This document shows positions 41,938 to 51,162 of a stretch of DNA of 64,000 nt, piece after piece. Below the pieces are notes generated by a model. The model worked only from the letters and a program-made list of their open reading frames with translations, was not told the origin of the DNA and made no database searches. This DNA comes from an uncultured Verrucomicrobiae bacterium (GTDB lineage: Bacteria > Verrucomicrobiota > Verrucomicrobiia > Chthoniobacterales > UBA10450): positions 160,001 through 224,000 of the forward strand of contig CAVSDR010000004.1 of assembly GCA_963726745.1 (NCBI GenBank), in the 5' to 3' direction. The translations under genes were made by a program, and so were the position numbers. The stretch's first letter is position 1. The number at the start of each line of letters is the position of its first letter.

Positions 41938-42177
41938 ATGCAACCGAAAACCGCCAAACGCCGTTCCGCTTTCCGCCGCGCCAACCGCACGATGCCGCGG
42001 CGCCGCATCGACATCGCCACCGAGGCGATTGATTACAAGAACCCCGACCTCCTGAAGAAGTTCGTTACCGAAAGCGGCAAAATCCTGCCCCGTCGTGTCA
42101 CCGGCATGCCGGCGCACATGCACCGCAAGATCACGCGCGAGATCAAGCGCAGCCGGTCGGTTCTCTTGATGAAGTAA
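41938..42177 (+). CDS. rpsR: 30S ribosomal protein S18
   Basis: IDYKN...[22 protein letters not shown]. Confidence 0.96.
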   Translation: MQPKTAKRRSAFRRANRTMPRRRIDIATEAIDYKNPDLLKKFVTESGKILPRRVTGMPAHMHRKITREIKRSRSVLLMK

Positions 42178-42186
42178 GGCGGGGGC

Positions 42187-42555
42187 TCACGCTTTTCGCG
42201 TGCGCTCGCCTTGCTCGATCAAGTTCCAAAACTCGCGCGTCTGCCCGAGTTTTTCGTCCTCGGCTGCCGGCGTCGGCAGCTTGCTCCGGTAGAGGAAATC
42301 TTTCAGCGTGTTCTTGTGGAGCACGCGGTGCACCGTGATTCCTTCGTCACGTTTCTCGAAGTAGATCCGGTAGTCCTTCGCCCGGTAGCGGTGCAGCCGT
42401 TTGCCGCCGCGCTCGATGATTCCAAAGCGGGTCCCGTCGAGCTTCTCCAGATCGGTCGGCAGCACCTGGAATTCAGCCAGCAACTCGAGCTGGAGCAGCT
42501 TCGGCAAAGCCGACATCTCCGCTGCGCTCAATTCGTTGAAGATGATCTGGAACAT
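42187..42555 (-). CDS. RelE/ParE-fold-like small protein
   Basis: Pattern FQIIF...A..E...L / HRYRAKDYRIYFE / ITVHRVLHK resembles RelE; last gene of the alr operon. Confidence 0.6.
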   Translation of the reverse strand: MFQIIFNELSAAEMSALPKLLQLELLAEFQVLPTDLEKLDGTRFGIIERGGKRLHRYRAKDYRIYFEKRDEGITVHRVLHKNTLKDFLYRSKLPTPAAEDEKLGQTREFWNLIEQGERTRKA

Positions 42556-42564
42556 CGTGCTGGC

Positions 42565-43629
42565 TCACAGATACACGCGCGCCACCCGGCTGCCAATGCC
42601 GGTGAAAATCTCCCATGGAATCGTGTCCGCCCGGTCCGCCAGCTCGCGCGCGGGAAGACCCTCGCCTAGGAGCACCGCCTCGTCCCCTAACGAGACCTCG
42701 GCCGCATCGGTCACGTCCACCATCAGCAGGTCCATCGTCACCCGTCCGAGCACCGGGCAACGCCGGCCCCCGAGGAGCACCGCGGCTCCGCGGCTCGAGA
42801 CCGCGCGCGGATAACCGTCGGCGTAGCCGACCCCGAGGGTGGCCACGCGCGTCGGCCGCTCGGCCGTCCAGGTGTGGCCGTAACTCACCGTGCTCCCCGC
42901 GGGCAGCTCGCGGAGAAGGACCACGCGTGCCTTCCAGGTGAGCGCCGGCTGGAGCGTTTCCTGCAATTCCGGCTGCGGCGCCACGCCATAAAGCATCAAG
43001 CCCGCGCGCACCAAGTCGAACGCGTGCCCGCCAAAACCGAGCACGCCCGCGCTCGGGAGCGCGTGAATCCGATAGCCGCCTGGAACGGCCGCGCGCAGCT
43101 GCTGCACCACTTCGGCGAAGTGCGCCAATTGCGCGCGCGTGAAGACGGCATCTTCATCCGCCGCCGCCAGGTGGGTGGAGACGCTGTGGATGGTCACCTT
43201 GGGCAGAGCCGCGATTGCCTGGACTTGTTCCAGCGCCGCAGTTGCCGCCAGGCCCATCCGGCCCATCCCGGTATCGATCGCGCAGTTGACCGACACCGCA
43301 CCGCATTGCGCGAAAGCCTTCGCTTCCGCCAGGCTCGAGATCGAAGGAATGAATCCCTGTTCCACAATCCCGGCGCGCTCTTCCGCCAGCGCGGGCCCGA
43401 GGATCATCACCGGTCGCGCCCTGACCGCCGCGCGCGCTTCCAGTGCTTCCTGCAGATTCGCCACGCCAAATAATTCCACCTCCTCCGCGAGCGCTTGCGC
43501 AACCGCGGCCAGGCCGTGGCCGTAGCCGTTTGCCTTGATCACCGCGAGCACGCTGGCGCCGCTCCGTTCGCGCGCGACACGCGCGTTATGCCGCAGCGCG
43601 GCGCGATCGATTTCCACCCAGCAGCGCAT
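42565..43629 (-). CDS. alr: Alanine racemase
   Basis: Start MRCWVEID; AVIKANGYGHG, DTGMGRMG, GYADG, GRVTMD. Confidence 0.96.
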   Translation of the reverse strand: MRCWVEIDRAALRHNARVARERSGASVLAVIKANGYGHGLAAVAQALAEEVELFGVANLQEALEARAAVRARPVMILGPALAEERAGIVEQGFIPSISSLAEAKAFAQCGAVSVNCAIDTGMGRMGLAATAALEQVQAIAALPKVTIHSVSTHLAAADEDAVFTRAQLAHFAEVVQQLRAAVPGGYRIHALPSAGVLGFGGHAFDLVRAGLMLYGVAPQPELQETLQPALTWKARVVLLRELPAGSTVSYGHTWTAERPTRVATLGVGYADGYPRAVSSRGAAVLLGGRRCPVLGRVTMDLLMVDVTDAAEVSLGDEAVLLGEGLPARELADRADTIPWEIFTGIGSRVARVYL

Positions 43630-44207
43630 CAGGTTTTCGCGGCTCGCGGTGGAGTAATGTGCGGCTCTCGCAGGTAAATCGGCTCGAGCGGCGGATGCGT
43701 CGCGCAGTCGAGCGGCATCGCGGCGAGGAATCGCGCCGCCGGAAATGCGAGGGTCACTTGTGGAAAACGCGCGATCGTTTCCGTGCCGAAAACCGGCAGC
43801 GAGATGTCCTCCAGCTTGCTGTCTAATTCCTCCGCGCTCATCAGCTCCGGCCCGGCGAAGCAGCAGCGGTCGCGCACCGCGGCAAAGAAAAACGACTGCC
43901 GCCGCGCGTCCCCGATGACGACATACTCCGCCGCCGGAAACGCGCAGATCGAGGGCAGGCCATGAAGTTTCGCGGCTGTCGCCGCTTGCAAACCAATGGC
44001 TGCAGCGATGGCGATGCGCGTACCTGCATACGAGCCGGGACCGAGCCCGACGACGATCCGTTCCGGCCGGCCATGCGTCGCCAGGATGCGCTGGAGACAT
44101 TCAAAGAATGCGCCGGAATGCTTCCGGTCATTCGGGAATTCCTCCTCGCCGCCGGGCCAGGCGATGCTCCCGCGCGCGCTCGAGAGTTCCAGAGCCAACA
44201 CTTTCAT
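43629..44207 (-). CDS. tsaB: tRNA t6A biosynthesis protein TsaB
   Basis: MKVLALELS, GPGSYAGTR, DARR, PIYLR. Confidence 0.9.
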   Translation of the reverse strand: MKVLALELSSARGSIAWPGGEEEFPNDRKHSGAFFECLQRILATHGRPERIVVGLGPGSYAGTRIAIAAAIGLQAATAAKLHGLPSICAFPAAEYVVIGDARRQSFFFAAVRDRCCFAGPELMSAEELDSKLEDISLPVFGTETIARFPQVTLAFPAARFLAAMPLDCATHPPLEPIYLREPHITPPRAAKT

Positions 44208-44620
44208 CGCTCCGGCAATCCATCGATCGCGCGTTCCTCCTCGCTCGTCATCGCCAGAGAAATCCACCGCGTGCCCTCCGGGAGCAACTCGCGAAAACGA
44301 TCGGCCCACTCCACCAGGCAGACGCCGTCGCCCTCAAGGTAATCATCCCAGCCGAGCCGGAGCGCGGCCTGCGCGTTCTCCAGACGGTAGAAATCGAAAT
44401 GATAAACCGGCAGGCGACCGCCGGAGTACTCGTGCACCAGCGTAAACGTGGGGCTGGTGACCTCACCGCTACAGTCGAGCCCGGCGACGAAACCTTTGAC
44501 GAAATGCGTTTTCCCTGCGCCCAGATCGCCGGTGAGCGCGATCACATCGCCTGCTTGCGCGGTCTGCGCGAGCTCCGCGCCGGCGGCCTTGGTCTCCTCC
44601 GCGCTATTGGAAATGCGCAT
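44204..44620 (-). CDS. tsaE: tRNA t6A biosynthesis ATPase TsaE
   Basis: GDLGAGKT, VTSPTFTLV, HFDFYRL, VEW. Confidence 0.95.
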   Translation of the reverse strand: MRISNSAEETKAAGAELAQTAQAGDVIALTGDLGAGKTHFVKGFVAGLDCSGEVTSPTFTLVHEYSGGRLPVYHFDFYRLENAQAALRLGWDDYLEGDGVCLVEWADRFRELLPEGTRWISLAMTSEEERAIDGLPER

Positions 44621-45494
44621 AGCCGGCAGGGAATTTTCGATGATCGGTGTTCGATTTCTGCGTGAGCTGGCCGATGCGCGTGAGCGGGAGCTTCGGGAAT
44701 TTTTTCGCCCACGCCTTTTGCAATCTCGCTGTCTGTTTTTGAGGAAGGGCGAAGAGAAGCTCGTAATCTTCGCCGTCGGAGATCGCCTGCTCCACGCTGC
44801 AGCCGGACGTGCGAGGAATCGCCGCCTGGTCGACCACGTAGCCAAGGCCGCTGGCCTTGGCCAACCGTGGCAGGTCCGTGCCCAGGCCGTCGCTCAAGTC
44901 CATCATCGCGTGCACCGGGAAATGACTCGTTAGCCAACGCGACTCCGCAAGGCGCGGGGTAAACCGCAGGTGCTTGCCCCGGATGGAACCGCCGAGTTTG
45001 CCGGTGACGAAAAGCTCGTCGCCCGGCCGCCCGCCGGCGCGTCCCGTCCAGCGCTTCGCTTCGACGTAGCCAGCCAGGTGGACTGTGATCGCGAGCGGCC
45101 CGGTGGTGCCGCTGGTTTCGCCGCCGACGATCGCGACCCGGAAGTTGCCGGCTATTTTTGCGAGGCCGCGATAGAGGTCGGTGACCCATTTTACCGGCGT
45201 GCTGGGCGGGGCCATGAGCGTGACAAGGGCGAACTGCGGAACCGCGGAAGTCGCAGCGAAGTCGCTCAGAGGTCGCGCAAGTGCCTTCCATCCCACCGCC
45301 TGCGGCTTCGCCTTCGGCAGGAAATGCACCCCGGAAATGACGCAGTCTGTTTTCAAAACCAGCAGCCGATCCGACCCGGGGAAACGCGTGAGCGCGCAGT
45401 CGTCGCCCACGCCGGAAACGACCGCGCGACCGCCCGGCAGAAGCGGCGCGAGCTTTTCGAGCAGCCGGTCTTCACCGAGCTGGCGCAGATTCAT
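44604..45494 (-). CDS. thiL: Thiamine-monophosphate kinase
   Basis: GVGDDCA, GVHF, LSD.AA, GGET, DLSDGL, GEDYEL. Confidence 0.94.
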   Translation of the reverse strand: MNLRQLGEDRLLEKLAPLLPGGRAVVSGVGDDCALTRFPGSDRLLVLKTDCVISGVHFLPKAKPQAVGWKALARPLSDFAATSAVPQFALVTLMAPPSTPVKWVTDLYRGLAKIAGNFRVAIVGGETSGTTGPLAITVHLAGYVEAKRWTGRAGGRPGDELFVTGKLGGSIRGKHLRFTPRLAESRWLTSHFPVHAMMDLSDGLGTDLPRLAKASGLGYVVDQAAIPRTSGCSVEQAISDGEDYELLFALPQKQTARLQKAWAKKFPKLPLTRIGQLTQKSNTDHRKFPAGYAHFQ

Positions 45495-46312
45495 GGCTGC
45501 GGAAACTTGTCCGGAAAAGCCAGCGCCACCAGCGTCATGGAATTGAAGAGCGCGTGCATCGTCATCGAAACCACGATCGATTCGCTCCATTCATAGGCGA
45601 GCGCGAAGCAGGCCCCGAGGACAAAGAGCGGCGCGGCCGACGGCAGGTGAGCATGCACCGCGGCGAAAAGTGCCGCCGAGGCGACGAGCGCGACCCAACG
45701 CCCCAGATAACGCCGCGCGACTCCGTAGAGAAAGAAGCGAAAAAAGAACTCCTCGACCAGCGGCGCGATTCCGACCGCGAGGACAATGATGAGCACGCGC
45801 TGCTGGAGCGTTTGCGAGCTGGTGAAAAGCTCGACGATGTTCTGCTTGCTCGAGGAACCGCCCAGCACCAGCCGGGAGAAAAGGTCGGCTAAAAAGATCA
45901 GCGGGTAAGCCGCGAGCAGGAGCACGACCGCGGTCGCGAGCGACCGCCAGAAAGGCAACTTCGCAAAGCCGGCCATCGAAACCACGCGGCGGCCGCGCAG
46001 GGTTAGAAAAGCGGCGAGGAAAACGAAAAGGCCCACGGAGATGAGGGCGTTGGCCACCAGGTCGTTCGTGCCCAGGGCGATCTTCTCGGGCCGCGAAGGC
46101 GAGGCGACCGCGTTGAAGATGAAGAGCAGCGCGAGGAAGAGCGCGAGGACGACATCTGGCAGCGAAAACGTCGGCTCCAACTCGTCGGTGTGAACCTGAT
46201 CTCGCCGGCTAATTTGCCTAACGAGAGCAACGTAAAGATAGATCCCGCCGGCAAAAAAGATCGCGTTGAAGACCGCGGCGAGCGCGGAAAGGAGGCCGGC
46301 CGACATGGTCAA
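45491..46312 (-). CDS. CPBP (CAAX/Abi) intramembrane metalloprotease
   Basis: EEFFFR, FAAVH and HALFN motifs; multi-TM. Confidence 0.9.
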   Translation of the reverse strand: MTMSAGLLSALAAVFNAIFFAGGIYLYVALVRQISRRDQVHTDELEPTFSLPDVVLALFLALLFIFNAVASPSRPEKIALGTNDLVANALISVGLFVFLAAFLTLRGRRVVSMAGFAKLPFWRSLATAVVLLLAAYPLIFLADLFSRLVLGGSSSKQNIVELFTSSQTLQQRVLIIVLAVGIAPLVEEFFFRFFLYGVARRYLGRWVALVASAALFAAVHAHLPSAAPLFVLGACFALAYEWSESIVVSMTMHALFNSMTLVALAFPDKFPQP

Positions 46313-46321
46313 GCGCGCGGC

Positions 46322-47329
46322 CTAGGGCGCGTAATAGCTGGGGAGGAAATAGGCGCGGCCGGATTCCAGCTGCGGCATGAATTGATGCGGCAGCGCGATC
46401 TCGAGCTTCGCCGCGCGCGTCTCGCCGAGCGCGCGGAAGATGCGTCCGAAGCTATAGGGCGGCGCATACTTCACCACCGTCGCCTCATGCGCGCCGCTCA
46501 ACTCCTTCGCTTTCTTGTAGGCGTCCTCGATCTGGCCCAGGCCATCTATGAGCCGGCTCTGGAGCGCCGCATCGCCGGAGAGAATGCGACCGTCGGCGAT
46601 GGTGTTGCGCAATTCGTCCGCCGGCAGGTTGCGTTCTTTCGCCACGATCCCGAGAAATTTCTCGTAGGTGCTCATGACGAAGCCCTGCACATACTCGCGC
46701 TCCTCCGGGGTGATCGGGCGCGCGCCGTTGAGCATGTCCTTAAACTTGCCGCTTTTGAACACGACCGAGGCGAGGCCGACTTTGTTGAAGAGCTGCTCGT
46801 AGTTCAACGTCTGGATGATCACGCCGATGCTGCCGGTAATGGTGGTCTCGTTCGCCATCAAAAATTTCCCGCCGCAGGCCACGTAGTAACCGCCGGAAGC
46901 GGCTAACGAGTCCATATAGACCACCACCGGCTTCTTCGCGCGCGTCTTGACCACGGCGTTATAGATCACGTCGGAAGCGGTCACTTCGCCGCCGGGCGAG
47001 TCAATCTCGAGCACCACCGCGCGCACGTTCTCGTCTTCGCGCGCCTGCTCCAGGGCGTAACGCAGGTCGTCCACCATCGAGTCGCCGATGCTGCCGGGAA
47101 GCGAGGAACTAATCACCCCGCGCAGGGCGATGACCACGATCTTGCCGCGCTCTCCTTTCCCGCCGCGCTCGAGCACGGTCTCGCGAAAGCGGGCGAGCCG
47201 GTCCTGTTCCACCCCGCCGCCGCCGAGATGGCCAAAGGCCACGAGCACGAGGACGACATTGCCCAGGAGACTGGCGCACAATGCGAGGAAGAGAAAGATG
47301 CTCAGGCAGCCCAGTTTTCGATTGGCCAT
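46322..47329 (-). CDS. sppA: Signal peptide peptidase SppA (short type)
   Basis: IDSPGG, AASGGYY, TGSIGV, KSGKFKD. Confidence 0.93.
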   Translation of the reverse strand: MANRKLGCLSIFLFLALCASLLGNVVLVLVAFGHLGGGGVEQDRLARFRETVLERGGKGERGKIVVIALRGVISSSLPGSIGDSMVDDLRYALEQAREDENVRAVVLEIDSPGGEVTASDVIYNAVVKTRAKKPVVVYMDSLAASGGYYVACGGKFLMANETTITGSIGVIIQTLNYEQLFNKVGLASVVFKSGKFKDMLNGARPITPEEREYVQGFVMSTYEKFLGIVAKERNLPADELRNTIADGRILSGDAALQSRLIDGLGQIEDAYKKAKELSGAHEATVVKYAPPYSFGRIFRALGETRAAKLEIALPHQFMPQLESGRAYFLPSYYAP

Positions 47330-47392
47330 GACGGCTGCTAATTGATCGGAGAACCCGAGGCAAACAAGTGGTTTTGGCGGCGGCCCCGCCCA

Positions 47393-47409
47393 TGGCACAG
47401 ACGCTGCTT
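47393..47409 (+). promoter_or_regulatory. Putative sigma-54 (-24/-12) promoter
   Basis: TGGCACAGACGCTGCTT: GG at 47394-95 and GC at 47406-07, 10 nt apart, close to the consensus TGGCAC-N5-TTGC. Confidence 0.55.
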
Positions 47410-47421
47410 TTAGACAGCAGC

Positions 47422-47637
47422 ATGAACAGCAGTGGCCACCTTCCCATGAGCGACTCCGCCGTCCGACCGCTGGGCAAAGCCAAGCGCGGCCGGCCGCGCA
47501 AGCGCGCCGTGGAGGGAGCCAACGAAGCTCGCCCCCCGCGCCCGCAGGCGGCCGTCGGTACCCTTACCCGCACCAAGAGCCTGCTCGCCGCGGCCTTGCG
47601 CGTGTGGGAGCTTAAGCAACGCGGCCTCGGCAACTAA
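47422..47637 (+). CDS. Small basic protein with an AT-hook-like motif
   Basis: KAKRGRPRKR core; fills the gap between sppA and a terminator hairpin. Start uncertain (47392, 47422 or 47446). Confidence 0.55.
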   Translation: MNSSGHLPMSDSAVRPLGKAKRGRPRKRAVEGANEARPPRPQAAVGTLTRTKSLLAAALRVWELKQRGLGN

Positions 47638-47650
47638 GAGCCGCAAAACA

Positions 47651-47680
47651 AAACGGCTCCGGATCGCTCCGGAGCCATTT
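47651..47680. terminator. Hairpin between convergent genes, probable terminator
   Basis: GGCTCCGGA-TCGC-TCCGGAGCC flanked by an A-tract on the left and TTT on the right. Confidence 0.7.
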
Positions 47681-47703
47681 GCGTGGTTAGGCGTTTCGCG
47701 CGC

Positions 47704-49482
47704 CTATTGCTCGGGCGTTGCCGGCTGCGCCGGCTGCTCGCCTTTCTTCGGCTTGCGCTCCTTCCCCTCTCGGGGCGCTGGCGCTTCCCGGGGTGGCTGA
47801 GCGGCACGCGGAGCCTCTGCCTGCGGCGCGCGCTGCGGACGCGGCGCGGCTTCCATTTGCGGCGCACGCTCGGGGCGCGGCGCGGCTTCCGGTTGCGGCG
47901 CGCGGTCGGGGCGGCCGCCGCCACGATTTATCGGGCGCTCGAGGTTGCGCGGCGCGGCTTCCGGCTGCGCAGGCAGCGCGGTCGCCTGCGGGGCGCGCTC
48001 GGGTGCTGGAGTTAACTCGCGCACCCGGTTCGGCTTTTCGCGCTTCGGCGGGCGCTCCGCGCGGTCCGGAGCCGGCGCCGCTTGCGGTTCGCTGCGCTCC
48101 ACCTGGGGCGGCGTCTGCGGCGGCTCGCTTTGGATCTCGCTCGCGCGCGTGCCGCCCTTGCGATCGTTGCGCTGCATAATTTCGCTGGCAGCGTTCGCGC
48201 GCGGTTTCGCGGGCTTATCGGCCTTGGGCGCGATCGGCGCGTCGGTCTCGTTAGGCGTCGATGATGGCTGCTCCGAGCGGGCCGCGCGCTTATCGCCGGC
48301 TTTTCTGCCCGGAATTCTTTGCATCGCCGGGCTCCCCGCGGTCCCGGGCACGGGCGCGTCCGCCTGGACTCCGCGCTCCCCGCGATCGGCCCGGTCGGCA
48401 GGTGGAAGTTGCTGTCTATTTTTGCCTTTGCCATTCGGCTGCGGGGCGGCGGAAGCATTCGCGTCCGCTTGCGCCGGGGCGCCGGCACCTTCCGGTTTCT
48501 CCGCCATCGCCGGCGGTTTTTCTCCCGGCTGGAAGGTCGGCGGCGCGACGTTTTTCCGGTCTTCCTTCTTCATCTTCTCGGTTAACTGCGCCTTCGCTTG
48601 CTGATCGGCCATGCCACTCCACCCAGTCTCCAGCTTCGGCTGCTCCAGCTTCGTTTTTAACTTCCGGGGCGCGGCCGACTGCGGTGCGCGCTCGATCCGC
48701 TGCGGGGCCGCGATCATGAGGCGATTTCCCTGCACGCGGCTCATTTTGCCTGCTTGCAGCGCGGCGCGCGGATCGAGGTTGGTCTCGCGCTCGAGGGTCA
48801 AGCGCTGGATCGGCCGCGTGGAGTAACGGCTTAAACGATCGTAGTCCGGACCGTAGACCTGCACCCGGTTATCGTTGTAGGTGATGTTGGTCACGTTCAC
48901 CGTTTGGTTGATGTAGGTGACGTTGCGCGTAGGCTCGAAAATCCGGTCGCGCAGGACCGGCTCGCCGATGTAACGCACGTCGACGAAGTTGTAATAGGAG
49001 GGCCCGATGTTGAACTCGATGTCGACCTGCCCGCTGATCCCACGACCTTCATAGATGGGTTCGCCGCCGCGACCAGAGCGCGGTGGGAGCGGAGCCCAGC
49101 CGACATAATCGCCACCGGTGCGCCACGAGACCCAGGCCGGTCCCCACTCCGTTCCCGGCACCCAGACCCAGCCGTAATCTTCGAGCTGCGCCCAACGCCC
49201 GTAGTGGTAAGTGGCCCAGCCGAAGTCCTCGTAGGAAACCCAGGTCCAGCCGACATCGGTGTAAGCCCAGTAACCGTCGGTATAGGGACGCCAGTCGCGA
49301 TTGCTCGCAGCGACATTTGGCTGCCAGCAGTAGCCATAGTCGCCCGCTTCCACCCAGCTTCCATTGTCGCCGAGGTTATCGTAGAAAAAGTCAATCGAGA
49401 CATCGGTGCCGGCCGCTGCCTGACGCAGGGACGGCAGGACGAGCGCGCTGATTGCGAGGGCAAGAAGAAGGATTCGTTTCAT
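47704..49482 (-). CDS. Secreted DUF6600-like protein (W/Y/G-rich domain) with long Pro/Ala/Arg-rich tail
   Basis: Signal peptide; WRPY..G.W..TD.GWTWVS....GWA.YHYGRW....GW.WVPG..WGPAWVSWR; disordered C-terminal half. Confidence 0.8.
   Translation of the reverse strand: MKRILLLALAISALVLPSLRQAAAGTDVSIDFFYDNLGDNGSWVEAGDYGYCWQPNVAASNRDWRPYTDGYWAYTDVGWTWVSYEDFGWATYHYGRWAQLEDYGWVWVPGTEWGPAWVSWRTGGDYVGWAPLPPRSGRGGEPIYEGRGISGQVDIEFNIGPSYYNFVDVRYIGEPVLRDRIFEPTRNVTYINQTVNVTNITYNDNRVQVYGPDYDRLSRYSTRPIQRLTLERETNLDPRAALQAGKMSRVQGNRLMIAAPQRIERAPQSAAPRKLKTKLEQPKLETGWSGMADQQAKAQLTEKMKKEDRKNVAPPTFQPGEKPPAMAEKPEGAGAPAQADANASAAPQPNGKGKNRQQLPPADRADRGERGVQADAPVPGTAGSPAMQRIPGRKAGDKRAARSEQPSSTPNETDAPIAPKADKPAKPRANAASEIMQRNDRKGGTRASEIQSEPPQTPPQVERSEPQAAPAPDRAERPPKREKPNRVRELTPAPERAPQATALPAQPEAAPRNLERPINRGGGRPDRAPQPEAAPRPERAPQMEAAPRPQRAPQAEAPRAAQPPREAPAPREGKERKPKKGEQPAQPATPEQ
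47805..47970 (-). repeat. Degenerate 36-nt coding repeat (PEAAPRPERAPQ-like)
   Basis: GCGGCGCGGCTTCC recurs at 47841, 47877 and 47949 (spacing 36 and 72). Confidence 0.65.
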
Positions 49483-49608
49483 AGGTTGGCTCCAGAAAGA
49501 AGTTGGAATTATAGACCTCGCCACGAGGTCGCTTATTCACTCCAGCTTTGATTCGGCGCTGGTTGCGCGCCTGCGCGTGAAGCGAGCCAATCCCGCGGGA
49601 TCGCTCGC

Positions 49609-51162
49609 CTAACGATCGCGCAAAACGACAAACGAGCGCGTGCGATGCCGGCAAATCGACACCAGGTAAGGCCCGTTCGGATCGAGCGCGCTGATGATTT
49701 TACGGTAATCGGCCACGCTGGTCACCGGCTGTTGGTTGACCTCCTCGATCACGTCGCCTTTGCGCAACTCCCCGCTGGCGTCGTCCAGGCCGGTCACCAC
49801 CACACCATGCACGTTTGCCGGGAGATCGAGCTGGCGCGCCAGCTCCGCCGTCAACTCGGCTACCTGCACGCCTGCGAGCGGCGCTTCATCCTGCAGGTCG
49901 CTCTCGTCCTCGTTCGCGCCCGGCGCAGGATTCGGGCTCAGCCCACCGGGCGGAAGCAGTGGCTGGCGTTGCGCTGGCTGCGGCGAACGCGGCGCCACTC
50001 CGGCGGTCTGGTAGTTGACCGGCTGCTCCTTGATCACGGTGGAAACAGTCAGCGCTTTGCCAGCGCGCAGCAGTTCCACCTCGACCTTTTTATTCAGCTC
50101 CTTTTGCGAGACCACATTGCGCAACTCCGCGAAGCTCCGGACCTCGCGCCCGTCGAATTTTCGGATGACATCGCCGGGTTGGATCTGGGCCTCGGCCGCG
50201 GGTGAGTTTGGGACTACGTCGTCCACCACCACACCCTGCGCCTCGCGCTCTTCGCCCGGAGCCGGCGTCCGCATTTGAATTCCGAGATAGCCCCGGATGA
50301 TCCGCCCATTCTTGAGCAGACTCTCGAGAGCGTTCTTGGCTGTGTTCGACGGGATGGCAAAGCCAATCCCCTGCGAGCCACCACTGCGCGAGATGATTGC
50401 GGTGTTAATGCCGATGATCTCGCCCTGGAGGTTGATCAACGGCCCGCCGCTGTTCCCCGGATTGATCGCTGCGTTCGTTTGCAGGAAATCACCAAAGCCA
50501 TCGATGCGATTCGGCCGGCCTTTCGAGCTAATGATGCCGTCTGTGACCGTCTCCTCGAAGCCGAAGGGATTCCCCACCGCGAGCACGAAATCGCCCGCTT
50601 GCACCTCGTCGGAATCGCCAAACTTCAGCGGATGCACTCCGGGATCGTCAATCTTCAGCACGGCCAGATCGGCGATCGAATCCGCGCCGATCAAGCGCGC
50701 CTTCTTCGTGCGGCCATCGCTGAGCTGCACCTCGATTTCGTCCACCTGGTCGACCACGTGATTATTCGTCACGATGTGGCCCTCGCTGGAGACAATCACC
50801 CCCGAGCCAAGGGAATTTTGCACCGTCTCCTGCTCGCTGCGGTTCCGGAATTGGCGTGAGTTTCGATAGAAAAATTCAAACGGATCCATCCCCGAGCGGC
50901 GCACCGGAATTTTCTTTGAGGTCTTGATGCTGACAACCGAAGGCAGAACGGCCGAGACCAGCGCACGCCGCTCGCGGTCGAGCGCCTGCAAGGTCCCGAT
51001 CTTTCCGGGCTCGATGCTCGGGGTGCTCGCGAGGGTGTATTTTTCCGGCTGCGCCCGTCCGGCGAGGCTTAGCCCGCCATGTTTCATGCGGTAGTCGTAA
51101 AGCGCAGAAATGCCGGCGCTCAGGAGCGCGACGAAGAGAAGAAATTTAAGGAGATTTTTCAT
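49609..51162 (-). CDS. htrA: HtrA/DegP-family serine protease with two PDZ domains
   Basis: Start MKNLLK; GSGVI, TNNHV, DLAVLK, AAINPGNSGGPL, GYLG. Confidence 0.94.
   Translation of the reverse strand: MKNLLKFLLFVALLSAGISALYDYRMKHGGLSLAGRAQPEKYTLASTPSIEPGKIGTLQALDRERRALVSAVLPSVVSIKTSKKIPVRRSGMDPFEFFYRNSRQFRNRSEQETVQNSLGSGVIVSSEGHIVTNNHVVDQVDEIEVQLSDGRTKKARLIGADSIADLAVLKIDDPGVHPLKFGDSDEVQAGDFVLAVGNPFGFEETVTDGIISSKGRPNRIDGFGDFLQTNAAINPGNSGGPLINLQGEIIGINTAIISRSGGSQGIGFAIPSNTAKNALESLLKNGRIIRGYLGIQMRTPAPGEEREAQGVVVDDVVPNSPAAEAQIQPGDVIRKFDGREVRSFAELRNVVSQKELNKKVEVELLRAGKALTVSTVIKEQPVNYQTAGVAPRSPQPAQRQPLLPPGGLSPNPAPGANEDESDLQDEAPLAGVQVAELTAELARQLDLPANVHGVVVTGLDDASGELRKGDVIEEVNQQPVTSVADYRKIISALDPNGPYLVSICRHRTRSFVVLRDR

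Noticed and set aside
45491..46312. Abortive-infection defence gene
   Set aside because: The CPBP 'Abi' label is historical; this is an ordinary membrane protease in a housekeeping operon.
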